The notes beneath the pieces were generated by a model. It was not told where the DNA came from, made no database searches, and worked only from the letters and a program-made list of their open reading frames with translations. This document shows, piece after piece, positions 46,330 through 56,135 of a stretch of DNA of 64,000 bases (position 1 is its first letter; each line of letters opens with the position of its first letter). This DNA is from Patescibacteria group bacterium (GTDB lineage: Bacteria; Patescibacteriota; Patescibacteriia; UBA2591; JAQUPP01): assembly GCA_028716665.1 (NCBI GenBank), contig JAQUPP010000001.1, positions 192,467 to 256,466 on the forward strand. The letters are read 5' to 3'. Position numbers and translations under genes: made by a program.

Positions 46330-47940
46330 ATGTCTTTACCAGATAAAAGTACAAGTGAAATTTCGCCATTAATCAGGGAATTTCTTGATAAATATCAGGC
46401 TTTTTTGGCCGAAAAAGCGCCTTCGGAAACAATACCTAAAATTCATGTTGACGAGATATCCAGCGCCATTGCCTCTTTTTATGAGAAAATAAGGAATGTT
46501 GTCGCTTATCGGGAAGAACACCTTTTGCGCAAAGGAGCAATTGAAAGAGTTTTTAAACGTCGGCTTTTTGTTCGTGGAGACAATCAAAATTTTGCCGAAT
46601 TGTTAATTCAAGATATTATTAGAGTTGGTCATTTGCCGAACGATACTATCCCGGAAACAAAAATAAAAGAAACTCAAAAAATTATTGATAAATACGTGTT
46701 TTTAATGGATAAGGCCAAAGAGTCCTCCAGGTCAAACCGCCGGGAAATTATAGATTGGCTTATCAAAATAGGAACTTGCGAAATAGAAGAAAAATTGGAC
46801 CCGCCGTTTAAAGATAATAACTTGGCGGCTTTGATGTATCAAATTTTACAAGAACGTTTGGTAATTCAGAGAGGACAGATTCCAGATGAAACAAAAAATA
46901 CCCAGCTTTTTATTAATATTCAGAGGGCACTTCTAAGAGTAGATGATTCCCAGCTCGACTATCGTCTTTTAAAATTTTTAAATCCCAGTTGGATGGAACT
47001 GAATCCCGAGACTTTTCCCCAAATAGCTGAAAAATTATTCTTTTATAAAAAAGAAATCAAGCGTCATCTTAAAAATCCTTTGGGTCCGATTTTTTTCCAA
47101 CTTTGCAATCAATATAATACCATTTTTTATTTAATCAGTGATATTATTTCCAATAGTCGAAATAATGAAGAAATGAATGTTGCTTTTGAAAAATCTGAAC
47201 TTTTTGAAAAAGCGATTAAGAATAATTATAATAAGCGTTATGAGACGGAGAGAGGGAAGCTCACCCGTTTGGCTTTTCTAAGTGTTATTTCATTTTTTAT
47301 CACTAAAGTTGCCATTGCGTTCGGTATAGAAATTCCTTTGGACAAATATATAATTGATCAGTTTTCTTGGCTTAATGTCATGATCAGCATTGTCGTACCG
47401 CCTCTTTTAATGTTGATTATTGTTTTAACGATTAGAATGCCCTCGGGAGGAAATTTGAAATTGGTTATAGAAGAAAGTAAGGCCGTGGTTTATGGGGATA
47501 AGGCTAAAAATTATGCCTTAAAATTACCGATCAAAAAATCTTGGCTTGGTCTCGCTATTGTTCAGATTTTTTCTCTAATAATGTTTTTTGTTACATTTGG
47601 GGTTTTGACTAAATTATTATTAACATTTGACTTCAGTATAGCCAGCATTGTCATTTTCTTGTTTTTTATTTCATTGGTGGCTGCGACCGGAACAAAAGCT
47701 TATAATCGTTCTCGGGAATTAAGTTTGGAAAAAGAAAAAGGCAATATTTCCACTTTTCTGATTGACTTATTTGCCATGCCGTTGATCGCGGTCGGTAAAT
47801 GGGGTGCTTCTGTTTTATCTAAATTTAATTTTGTTATTCTTGTTTTTGATTTATTAATCGAAGTGCCTTTGCAAATTTTCTTTATCTTTTTGGAAAATTT
47901 AAGAGGTTTTATCAAAAGTCAGAAGGACGAAATTTATTAG
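46330..47940 (+). CDS. Hypothetical integral membrane protein (536 aa)
   Basis: Soluble N-terminal half. Five or more TM helices in the C-terminal half. Confidence 0.55.
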   Translation: MSLPDKSTSEISPLIREFLDKYQAFLAEKAPSETIPKIHVDEISSAIASFYEKIRNVVAYREEHLLRKGAIERVFKRRLFVRGDNQNFAELLIQDIIRVGHLPNDTIPETKIKETQKIIDKYVFLMDKAKESSRSNRREIIDWLIKIGTCEIEEKLDPPFKDNNLAALMYQILQERLVIQRGQIPDETKNTQLFINIQRALLRVDDSQLDYRLLKFLNPSWMELNPETFPQIAEKLFFYKKEIKRHLKNPLGPIFFQLCNQYNTIFYLISDIISNSRNNEEMNVAFEKSELFEKAIKNNYNKRYETERGKLTRLAFLSVISFFITKVAIAFGIEIPLDKYIIDQFSWLNVMISIVVPPLLMLIIVLTIRMPSGGNLKLVIEESKAVVYGDKAKNYALKLPIKKSWLGLAIVQIFSLIMFFVTFGVLTKLLLTFDFSIASIVIFLFFISLVAATGTKAYNRSRELSLEKEKGNISTFLIDLFAMPLIAVGKWGASVLSKFNFVILVFDLLIEVPLQIFFIFLENLRGFIKSQKDEIY

Positions 47941-48036
47941 CGACGTAGAGCAAGAGAAACCCTTATTAATTTTTCGTAAATAAAAACCGCCTTTTAGGCG
48001 GAATAAAAAAACAAGTATTTAAATAATACTTGTTTT

Positions 48037-49098
48037 TTAAATTTCCAAGTTAGGATTAACTTTGATGGCTTGGAAATTTTTTGTGAGTTTTTTGATTTGT
48101 CCTGATTGCATGTTTTTATACTGTAAATAAGCCGCTGTGGCAATCATAACCGCGTTATCAGTGCACAATTTTCTCTCGGGAACATGGAAATCTATTTTTG
48201 TTGTCAGATTTTTAATTTTTTCTTCAAATTGTTTTCTTAATTCGTTGTTTGATGCCACACCACCGCAAAGAACAATTGATTTTACTTTGAATTTTTGTCC
48301 GGCATTGAGAGTTTTTTTGATTAAAACATCAATAATTGATTGCTGCGCTTCGGCACATACGGCTTGAATGAATTCATTTTTTGTTTTGTCATTTGTCAGA
48401 ATATTTTTATTTTTTTGGACCAGGTAGAAAACAGCTGTTTTTAATCCGGAAAAACTGAAATCAAAATCAGGCGAATTAAACATCGGACGAGGAAGACTAA
48501 CTTGTAGTTTTTGGTTTATAGTTTGCGGTTTTGCCGCTTTAGCGGCAATGGCCGGCCCCCCCGGATATCCGATATTAAGAAGTTTGGCTATCTTGTCAAA
48601 ACATTCTCCGGCCGCGTCATCGCGCGTTTGGCCGATTTTTTTGTATTTTGTTTGACTGGACATTAAAATCAATTCAGTGTGTCCTCCGGAAACAATCAGA
48701 CAAAGAGCCGGAAATTTAATTTTTTCGTTATTAATGAAATTAGCGCAGATATGCCCTTTTAAATGATTAATACCCATTAAAGGAATTTTTTTGGCATAAG
48801 AAAAAGTCTTGGCGGTTTCTATGCCGACCAAAAGCGAAGTTACCAATCCCGGTCCTTGAGTAACGGCGATTAAATCAATTTTTTTATTTTTCAGAATTTC
48901 CAATGATTTTTGAATAACGGGCAATATATTTTCAATATGAGCCCGAGCCGCTATTTCCGGAATAATGCCGCCGTATTTACGATGAATCGGTATTTGCGAA
49001 GAAATGATATTTGATAAAATTTCAATTTTACCGCCCGAAGTTTTAATAACCGAGGCGGCTGTTTCATCGCAAGATGTTTCAATGCCTAAAATAATCAT
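48037..49098 (-). CDS. tsaD: tRNA N6-adenosine threonylcarbamoyltransferase TsaD (Kae1/Gcp)
   Basis: MIILGIETSCDETAASVI is a classic N-terminus. Length is 353 aa. Confidence 0.9.
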   Translation of the reverse strand: MIILGIETSCDETAASVIKTSGGKIEILSNIISSQIPIHRKYGGIIPEIAARAHIENILPVIQKSLEILKNKKIDLIAVTQGPGLVTSLLVGIETAKTFSYAKKIPLMGINHLKGHICANFINNEKIKFPALCLIVSGGHTELILMSSQTKYKKIGQTRDDAAGECFDKIAKLLNIGYPGGPAIAAKAAKPQTINQKLQVSLPRPMFNSPDFDFSFSGLKTAVFYLVQKNKNILTNDKTKNEFIQAVCAEAQQSIIDVLIKKTLNAGQKFKVKSIVLCGGVASNNELRKQFEEKIKNLTTKIDFHVPERKLCTDNAVMIATAAYLQYKNMQSGQIKKLTKNFQAIKVNPNLEI

Positions 49099-49165
49099 GA
49101 CTTTATCTTATCACAAATTTTCCTTTTGACAAATTTATTTAATTATGATAATATGAATAAATTAT

Positions 49166-49240
49166 GCCGCTATCGTCTAGTGGTTAGGACACCAGGTTTT
49201 CATCCTGGTAACCGGGGTTCGATTCCCCGTAGCGGTACCA
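49166..49240 (+). tRNA. tRNA-Glu (anticodon TTC) with an encoded CCA
   Basis: Acceptor GCCGCTA/TAGCGGT, anticodon stem CCAGG/CCTGG, loop TTTTCAT, T-loop TTCGATT, 3' ACCA. Confidence 0.85.
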
Positions 49241-50720
49241 AACCTACTTTTTGATGCGTAGATTGCTCAATCAGCTGATAGATAAGCGATATTTCGGCGG
49301 TTCCAAACTTCCCAGCTTTATATGTCACTCTTTGAGGAAATATAAGATTTTGAAATCGCTGTTTCTGTTCTAAATTCATATCGAACCACAATCTTGGAAT
49401 ATTCTTAATAAATTCTAGAGCATAATCAAGAGCTGATTTAATATCAAACTCTTCAATAATGGACTCGTTCATAGATAGCCTAGTCACGGCTATTTTTTCG
49501 TTTATACTCTCTTTTTCTTTAAGAAATTCTTCGTCGGTGAATAATTCTTTCTTTTTCATCTCAATAATTTTTTCTTTTTCTTTCTCTAATTTTTCTAACT
49601 CTTTTTTATATAATAAATTGTCCTGATTTAAATCTTTATATTTTTCCTGCCAAACATCAAGAACAATTTGTTTAAATAATTTTATATAATTTTCCTTGGG
49701 AGTAATTTTTTTTAAAAACTTTATAAAATCTTTTTCTATTTTGACTTTATGAATAGCTTTAGCGTAATGGGAACATTCCCGATTATGACAATGATAATAG
49801 GGGTATCTTTTGTTTCTTCCTCGAGACCAACTGGCCGTTAGGGGTTTTCCGCAATAACCACAAATGACAAAATGTCTTAAGGGAAATTCTGGATTTTGTC
49901 CATTTCTTGACCCTGAGTTAACGGATCTGCCCCGCATAATTAATTGCGCTTTCATAAATTCTTCCATATTTACCATCGACTGGTGTTTTCCTTCTATTTC
50001 TTCCTTGGTCCAAGGATTAATCAGTATTCCAGCATAAAATTTATTATTAAACATTTTTTTTATTGTTTGGGGATACATTGTATGACCCTTTTTTGTTGTT
50101 AGCTTCCATTGGTTTGCCATCTTGGCGATATCAGTAATAGAATAGATGCCTTTTAAATATTCTTTCCAAAGTTTTTTAACTAATTTAAATCTTTTTTCAT
50201 CAGGAATATCAATTTTTCTTTCTGTTCTGTCTCTACTCGCCTTATATCCGGTGGGAGGCACCCACGGCCAGATGCCTTCTTCAATTCTTTTTTGCATACC
50301 GCCAATAGTTCTTATTGTTCTTATGTCATTATCAAACTGAGCAAAACCAGCTAATACAGTTTCCATTAAATGCCCTTGAGGGTCGTCACCAATAGGTTCG
50401 GTTACAGAGTGGATACTTACTCCATATTTAGTTAATAAGACTTTAATACCAAAATGGTCGGAAGCATTTCTGGCAAGTCTGTCAACTTTCCAAACAATAA
50501 GGGCATCTACTTTGCCTTTATTCGCCTGACAAAATTCTAAAAGTTTAAGCAATTGAGTTCTTTCCTTGAATTTAGCCGATTCTCCTTCTTCTATAAATTT
50601 TTTAAAAACTTGAATTCCTTTATCTTTGGCATATTCAAGACAAGCCTTTTCTTGCATATCAAGGCTGGTCCCTTGTACCTGTTCTTTTGATGAAACACGA
50701 CAATAAATTATTCCATTCAT
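49200..50720 (-). CDS. Large serine recombinase (phage-integrase type)
   Basis: The resolvase domain IIYCRVSSKEQ contains the catalytic Ser. ALIVWKVDRLARN follows. A recombinase domain and zinc ribbon CGYCGKPL..YYHCHNREC are present. The last ~12 codons are read from the tRNA-Glu 3' half. Confidence 0.85.
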   Translation of the reverse strand: MNGIIYCRVSSKEQVQGTSLDMQEKACLEYAKDKGIQVFKKFIEEGESAKFKERTQLLKLLEFCQANKGKVDALIVWKVDRLARNASDHFGIKVLLTKYGVSIHSVTEPIGDDPQGHLMETVLAGFAQFDNDIRTIRTIGGMQKRIEEGIWPWVPPTGYKASRDRTERKIDIPDEKRFKLVKKLWKEYLKGIYSITDIAKMANQWKLTTKKGHTMYPQTIKKMFNNKFYAGILINPWTKEEIEGKHQSMVNMEEFMKAQLIMRGRSVNSGSRNGQNPEFPLRHFVICGYCGKPLTASWSRGRNKRYPYYHCHNRECSHYAKAIHKVKIEKDFIKFLKKITPKENYIKLFKQIVLDVWQEKYKDLNQDNLLYKKELEKLEKEKEKIIEMKKKELFTDEEFLKEKESINEKIAVTRLSMNESIIEEFDIKSALDYALEFIKNIPRLWFDMNLEQKQRFQNLIFPQRVTYKAGKFGTAEISLIYQLIEQSTHQKVGLVPLRGIEPRLPG

Positions 50721-51119
50721 AAATTTATTTTTTAAATAATAAAGGGTTAACCCTTACTTGGACACAATCTATTTCAAGAATAGATTATTAAAGCAGGTGT
50801 TAACCCCTATTTATCAAAACGACCGAAGTCGTATTGAATAAAAAATATTCTTGTTGATTGTGTCCACTGTTAATTATAGCGACTTGCAAGCTATCGTCAA
50901 GACGACAGCGATGTCGCCCCTTTTTTATTATGCTTAATTTCATCTTTCTGCCAAAAATCAAAAATAATATAAGCTTGAGCATAAAGATTATCTCTTATAC
51001 TCTCTATTTGTTGATCTGTTAAATTTTTGGCTTCTTTGCCGATAATCTCTCGGCATTTTTCTAAATCAAGCATATAATTTTAACTAATAAAGATACATTC
51101 GACCCTAAAATCGCGTCTA

Positions 51120-51515
51120 TCACGCTCTCTCACGCTCTGTCGATGCTCCCTGCGACTGATAGCCGTCCAGCATTGGTCTTATAACCTCATGTATATAATT
51201 TCTAGCTTGCGCGATAGCTTGCCCTACAGACCTTAACGTTTTCTCGTCGCTAAGAATGGCAAGTTCTTTTGTTTTCAAGTCAAAAATGTCCCGAATAACC
51301 GACTCCAAGTCTATATAAAACCAATCATTGTTTTGATTATGATTTTTTCGGAGAATATATTGACGTTCATCTGCCCAAACTTCTAAATCCTCGTCTATCC
51401 GACAAATTAATTGTTGTTTTGATAGTTTCATAATTTTAAATTTTGAATTAATTATCTCTCTATAGATAGATGGCGAAAATTCGCCCTCTTTACCCCAAAA
51501 ATAAAAAACCCTCAT
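51120..51515 (-). CDS. Hypothetical protein (131 aa or shorter)
   Basis: ORF in the island with an alternative start MKLSKQQ. Confidence 0.4.
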   Translation of the reverse strand: MRVFYFWGKEGEFSPSIYREIINSKFKIMKLSKQQLICRIDEDLEVWADERQYILRKNHNQNNDWFYIDLESVIRDIFDLKTKELAILSDEKTLRSVGQAIAQARNYIHEVIRPMLDGYQSQGASTERERA

Positions 51516-51564
51516 ATTTATGAGAGTTTTAATGACAACTATTATAACTTATTAAGGTGATTAA

Positions 51565-52548
51565 TTATTCATTGTCATCGCGTATTTTTGGCGTTTGTTC
51601 CTTATAAAATTCTTCTATACCTAAATCATCTTTATCATTCCTATTTTTTGAATCTTTTTTTTCTACATCTTCCGATTTGAGAGGAATTAATGTAATTTTT
51701 ATCTGATATGAATTTACTTTTTTCTTTTTAAGGGGATTGTAATGATTATATGGGAAAAATGGGTCATAATCTATTTTAAAATAATCTTGAAGATTTTTTG
51801 CTAATTTTTCTTTAGCTTTTATATATGAATCCTTTGCTTCTGAATTTTGAGGGGTTATTTCTCCATAATTATCTGCTAAAATCTTTAAAAATGTCCATTG
51901 TATATCTGGTTTTGTTTGCCTCTTGTCTTCAAACCCCATTGTTTTATAGCTCAACCTTTCTTTATATTGTCTAACTTGAATTAAAATATTCTCTTTATCT
52001 TCAAATTTAATAATGAAATTTTCCCATATTGTTCCAGCTGGCAGTTTATAAGGGAACTTACCTTCATTTGATGATTTATTCTCTTGAATAATGGTGTCTA
52101 AAAATAATTTTTCATTAGCCATTCTGAGAAACTCTTTGTATTTATCCCTGCAATCTATAACCAATTTTTTTAATTCTTTATAATATTTATTCCACAATTT
52201 CTCTTTTTCCCCTCCAGCATGTCTCATTTTGGGGTGTAATTCGTATATATCGACAGGGCCCTCTTCAAACTTAAGTTCGTTATCAGAAAAATGTGTCTCT
52301 ATAAATTTCCACAAAGAGTCAAATGATTTGTTAAAATCTTTATAATTTTTATTTAATCCAAGGTCTCCATATTCTGATAGAATAGTTTTTGAATATCCCG
52401 CATATTGAAAAAATATTTCACTATGAGGATTAATAGAATATCCATTATTATACAATTCATTAAGTAAACAATATATGCCTTCTTCGGGGAGGATTTTTAA
52501 GAATTTTTTAAATCTTCCTTTGTCGCTAAATTCTTCTATTGAGTCCAT
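51565..52548 (-). CDS. Hypothetical protein (327 aa)
   Basis: ORF in the island. Confidence 0.5.
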   Translation of the reverse strand: MDSIEEFSDKGRFKKFLKILPEEGIYCLLNELYNNGYSINPHSEIFFQYAGYSKTILSEYGDLGLNKNYKDFNKSFDSLWKFIETHFSDNELKFEEGPVDIYELHPKMRHAGGEKEKLWNKYYKELKKLVIDCRDKYKEFLRMANEKLFLDTIIQENKSSNEGKFPYKLPAGTIWENFIIKFEDKENILIQVRQYKERLSYKTMGFEDKRQTKPDIQWTFLKILADNYGEITPQNSEAKDSYIKAKEKLAKNLQDYFKIDYDPFFPYNHYNPLKKKKVNSYQIKITLIPLKSEDVEKKDSKNRNDKDDLGIEEFYKEQTPKIRDDNE

Positions 52549-52866
52549 ATTAAATCTTTAACAAAAATGTTTATATAGATATATAATATCATATATAAAA
52601 ATTTTGTCGCCTCTGGACATTTGTTATTTTTATGTTATCATGAAAATAACAATTTAATTTGCCTAAACTCATGGATTTTCTGTGGGCATGGCAATAAAAC
52701 CTGTGATGGATATTGAGCTCGTCGTTAGAGCACCATCACAGGTCTATATCCGAAAGGGTGTAGGGTGACGCAAGTCATCGCTAGCGGCGGGCTTTATGTA
52801 TTCCCGCCAAAAAATTTAAAAAAATAAAAGTTGAGTTAACATAATTAATAATTAATTTTTATTTAT

Positions 52867-53538
52867 ATGGACAAAGAAGAAAAGAAACTTATTACTAATA
52901 ATAACAGCCCTGAAACTTTTGACTCTTCTTCCTCTGCACATCATTTTAAGGGTAGTGAAGAAGAGAAAAGACTTACTGATCTTGTAGATGAACAAAAGAC
53001 TACTATTCAAGAAAAGGATGAATATATTTCATCTCTTGAAGAAGCTCTTGAAGAAAAGTCTATCGAAGAAGAAACTAAAGTTAAAAAACTTAGCGACAAT
53101 AATTTTTTAAAAAGTAAAAACCATAAAGTTTTATACATCATTATTACTGTTTTAGTTTTAATTATTATCGGTGGCGGACTTTTTTTCTTTTTGGGTAACA
53201 ATGATGTGCGAAAAGAAACACAAGCACCTAAAGGATTTGTTGATTGTGGTGAGACAACAGCATATCCTTCATGTTTTTTAAACAGAATGAATGAATGCTT
53301 GCCCGTAACCGAAAAAATGATGGACACAGACGACTCAGGAAATTTTATAGAGATAACAATTTTAGGGAAAGAAAATGAAACTTGTCATTTTCAGGCAAAG
53401 ATGAATAATATTTTAATAAGTGACTGTTATTTTCCAAAAGGGACGCTACAATATAATACTATTTGGCAAACCCTTGGAAGCTACAATGGCTCTAGCTCGC
53501 AAAAAGCAGTTGATGAGAACTGTAAGTCAGGATGGTAA
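52867..53538 (+). CDS. Hypothetical membrane-anchored, Cys-containing extracytoplasmic protein
   Basis: Acidic N-terminus, one TM helix (VLYIIITVLVLIIIGGGLFFFL), then a Cys-containing domain. Confidence 0.5.
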   Translation: MDKEEKKLITNNNSPETFDSSSSAHHFKGSEEEKRLTDLVDEQKTTIQEKDEYISSLEEALEEKSIEEETKVKKLSDNNFLKSKNHKVLYIIITVLVLIIIGGGLFFFLGNNDVRKETQAPKGFVDCGETTAYPSCFLNRMNECLPVTEKMMDTDDSGNFIEITILGKENETCHFQAKMNNILISDCYFPKGTLQYNTIWQTLGSYNGSSSQKAVDENCKSGW

Positions 53539-53574
53539 ATAGCACCGTGTAGTAAAATTTGACGTTATAAAAAT

Positions 53575-54573
53575 ATGAAAATAAAACAATTAATAAAAAA
53601 ATGCCCAAGAAGTTTAGAAGATGTTTTTATAGAAAAAATTACTAAACTCGCCATTAGTAAATTAGGAGGAAAAAACGCAGAAGATATCAAAAATAAAGTT
53701 GAAGAAATTACAAAGTTGTCATTTACTGAAGAAAATCTATCTAAGATATTAAAAATTTTAGAAGAATTACCAATAAATAATATTTATAGATTAGAAGAAA
53801 AAGATGGAACTATATCTCTTTGGCAGATTGTATCTTCTTTATTTTTTTGGGGATGGATTCTGATTTTGCTATTTCTCCCCTTTATTTATTATGAAGAATT
53901 TATGGAAAAAATAGATAATCCTTATGGTACCCTAATCTATATCTTGGCAACCACGTTATACTTATTTGTACCGCTTGGCATTTTATTTGCCTTTCGACCA
54001 AAATGGACAAAGGAAGTAAAACAACCAATAATTAAAAAAGATGATAAATTTATGAAAGAAAAAAATAATAAAACTATATCTCTTTGGCAGACTGTATTTA
54101 TATGGACAAGCATTTGGTTTTTAATTCTTTTTTTCTTTCTTTATGGAGTGAGCGATAAAGACGCAAACCTTCCTTATGCCCTATTATTAAGTATTTTTTT
54201 ATCTATACCGCTTGGCATTTTATTTGCCTTTCGACCAAAATGGACAAAGGAAGTAAAACAACCAATAATTAAAAAGCCGCAAAAAATAAAACAATTAATA
54301 ATTAAGTTATATTTTTTAATAAAAAGATACATGGCAGAAATGTTTGTAATTTTGGGTGCTTATCTTGTTGGGATAAATTCCACTCCCAAACAACAATGCG
54401 ATTCTTATAGTGGGTCACCTTTTTTTTCACATATATTGGGAGGAGGGGAAGGAGAGACGTGGACATGTTGGAATACTTACAATAAAGGAGCATTGGGCAT
54501 AGGGTGGATTATTTTGGCCTTAGGAATAGTTATTTTAGCAAATAGATATTTACCCAGGAGAGATAAAAAATAA
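53575..54573 (+). CDS. Hypothetical polytopic membrane protein with an internal duplicated module
   Basis: The segment (K/P)PLGILFAFRPKWTKEVKQPIIKK occurs twice, from a ~72-bp exact DNA repeat at ~53975 and ~54205. Confidence 0.5.
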   Translation: MKIKQLIKKCPRSLEDVFIEKITKLAISKLGGKNAEDIKNKVEEITKLSFTEENLSKILKILEELPINNIYRLEEKDGTISLWQIVSSLFFWGWILILLFLPFIYYEEFMEKIDNPYGTLIYILATTLYLFVPLGILFAFRPKWTKEVKQPIIKKDDKFMKEKNNKTISLWQTVFIWTSIWFLILFFFLYGVSDKDANLPYALLLSIFLSIPLGILFAFRPKWTKEVKQPIIKKPQKIKQLIIKLYFLIKRYMAEMFVILGAYLVGINSTPKQQCDSYSGSPFFSHILGGGEGETWTCWNTYNKGALGIGWIILALGIVILANRYLPRRDKK

Positions 54574-54574
54574 A

Positions 54575-55294
54575 ATGAAACTAAAATTAGCCACAAGAAT
54601 TTACATATGCTCATTCATCGTAATTTTTGGTTTAATTATTTTTTATCATCAATACAATATTGATTCAATAAACAAAAAAGAAAAAGAACAAAAAGAAGCG
54701 ATCAGAATCCAATCTTGGGAAAAAGCTCACCAAGAAGCCGAGGATGCGCTGCATTATGGCGAATTACATCCCAACGAGCCATATTCTGACGGAAAAGAAG
54801 TACTATCTCCCAATGGCGAATTATCGGTTTTTGTACAAAATTATCCGGACAGACCTAGTTTCAAGCTTAATGAAATTTGGATACGAGACAAAAAGAATCA
54901 CACGGAAAAATTATTAGTAGGGAATATGTTTGAAAATGATGTTCTCTGTGATTTTTCCTCAATAGTTTTTTCTTTTGATGCAAAAAAAATTTATTTTAAT
55001 AATTATAATGATGGACAAAATGATGAAATTTATGTTGCTGATATTTCTACTGGCGTATTAAAAGATATTTCAGTTGGCGATCCATTTGACGTTATAACCA
55101 AAGGAGTATATAAAGGAAAATTGTTTACCTCAAAACATAAATATTACGAAGAAGGAGGTTCTTATGACCATTGGTATATTATTGATGAAAATGATGGTCA
55201 TGAAATTAAAGATCTCGGCGAATCTACACCACTGGAAAAATTGAAAGAGGAATATGGTTTACTCCACTTATTTTCTGAATTGAACAGTGAGTAG
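54575..55294 (+). CDS. Hypothetical N-terminally anchored secreted protein
   Basis: ORF starting 2 nt after the previous stop, with an N-terminal TM segment. Confidence 0.5.
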   Translation: MKLKLATRIYICSFIVIFGLIIFYHQYNIDSINKKEKEQKEAIRIQSWEKAHQEAEDALHYGELHPNEPYSDGKEVLSPNGELSVFVQNYPDRPSFKLNEIWIRDKKNHTEKLLVGNMFENDVLCDFSSIVFSFDAKKIYFNNYNDGQNDEIYVADISTGVLKDISVGDPFDVITKGVYKGKLFTSKHKYYEEGGSYDHWYIIDENDGHEIKDLGESTPLEKLKEEYGLLHLFSELNSE

Positions 55295-55472
55295 CACAAC
55301 AAGGTAATTTTCTAAATAGTTTGAATAATTTTGAGGGCAGGGGTATTTAAAAAATGCTTTATTCAAGCAGTTTTTTTATTAACTTTTTCGTTAAAAATGC
55401 TATAATAAAAAGAGTTTATATAATTATAAAAAAGATAAAAACTATTCATAAATATTAGAAAAATTAGCAAAT

Positions 55473-56135
55473 ATGAGGAATAAAAAATATACAAATCCGA
55501 GACCCCAAATACCTGTAGCAACTAAACGAGAAATTAAGATTGAGGCTCGTCATTCTTGTTTAGTTTGCAAGGAAAGAGTTTCTTTAGTTTTACATCACAT
55601 AGATGGGAATCGTGAAAATAATGACTCCGATAATATTATTAACATATGTAGTAATTGTCACGGCATGGTGCATGATGGGAAAATCACAGCGATTGAACTA
55701 CGTGAATACAAGCGTAAAGTAAAAGAAGGTGACGAAGAATTGATTAAATTAAGAGAAGCGGTAAGTTACCTTTTAGGTTCAAAACAAATCAGTATCTCAA
55801 GCGATTTTGGAAAATTAAAATTTAAATATCAAAACCTATTAAATGATTACGGAGATAAATTAATTTTTTATCAGTCTTTTGTTTTTCTTATCCCAGAATT
55901 TTATATTGATAAGCGTGGCGAAGAAATTAGGGCTGTGGTGAGGGATTTACTAAATTTATCTTCAGATGAAGAAAATATGATTATCACCCACCTTATTAGA
56001 CTTGATTTAATTGAGATTATTGGAGGTTTGATTATCCTGAAAAATAAGGATGATGCAAAGACAGCTCTTAACGAATTAATAAATTCTCATAAAATTGAAA
56101 TAAATAAGCTTATCAAAAAATTTGTTGAATTATGA
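55473..56135 (+). CDS. HNH endonuclease domain protein (N-terminal HNH plus ~150-aa unknown C-terminal domain)
   Basis: CLVCKERVSLVLHHIDGNRENNDSDNIINICSNCHGMVHDG shows Cys pairs and H-N-H spacing. The stop overlaps the next start (ATGA). Confidence 0.6.
   Translation: MRNKKYTNPRPQIPVATKREIKIEARHSCLVCKERVSLVLHHIDGNRENNDSDNIINICSNCHGMVHDGKITAIELREYKRKVKEGDEELIKLREAVSYLLGSKQISISSDFGKLKFKYQNLLNDYGDKLIFYQSFVFLIPEFYIDKRGEEIRAVVRDLLNLSSDEENMIITHLIRLDLIEIIGGLIILKNKDDAKTALNELINSHKIEINKLIKKFVEL

Noticed and set aside
50800-51073. Small minus-strand ORFs in the 400-bp spacer after the recombinase (60 aa from the ORF track, and an overlapping ~58-aa ORF MLDLEKCREIIGKE...)
   Set aside because: Neither has a convincing RBS or motif. 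They are mutually exclusive overlapping frames. They are left uncalled, though an excisionase-like small gene cannot be excluded.
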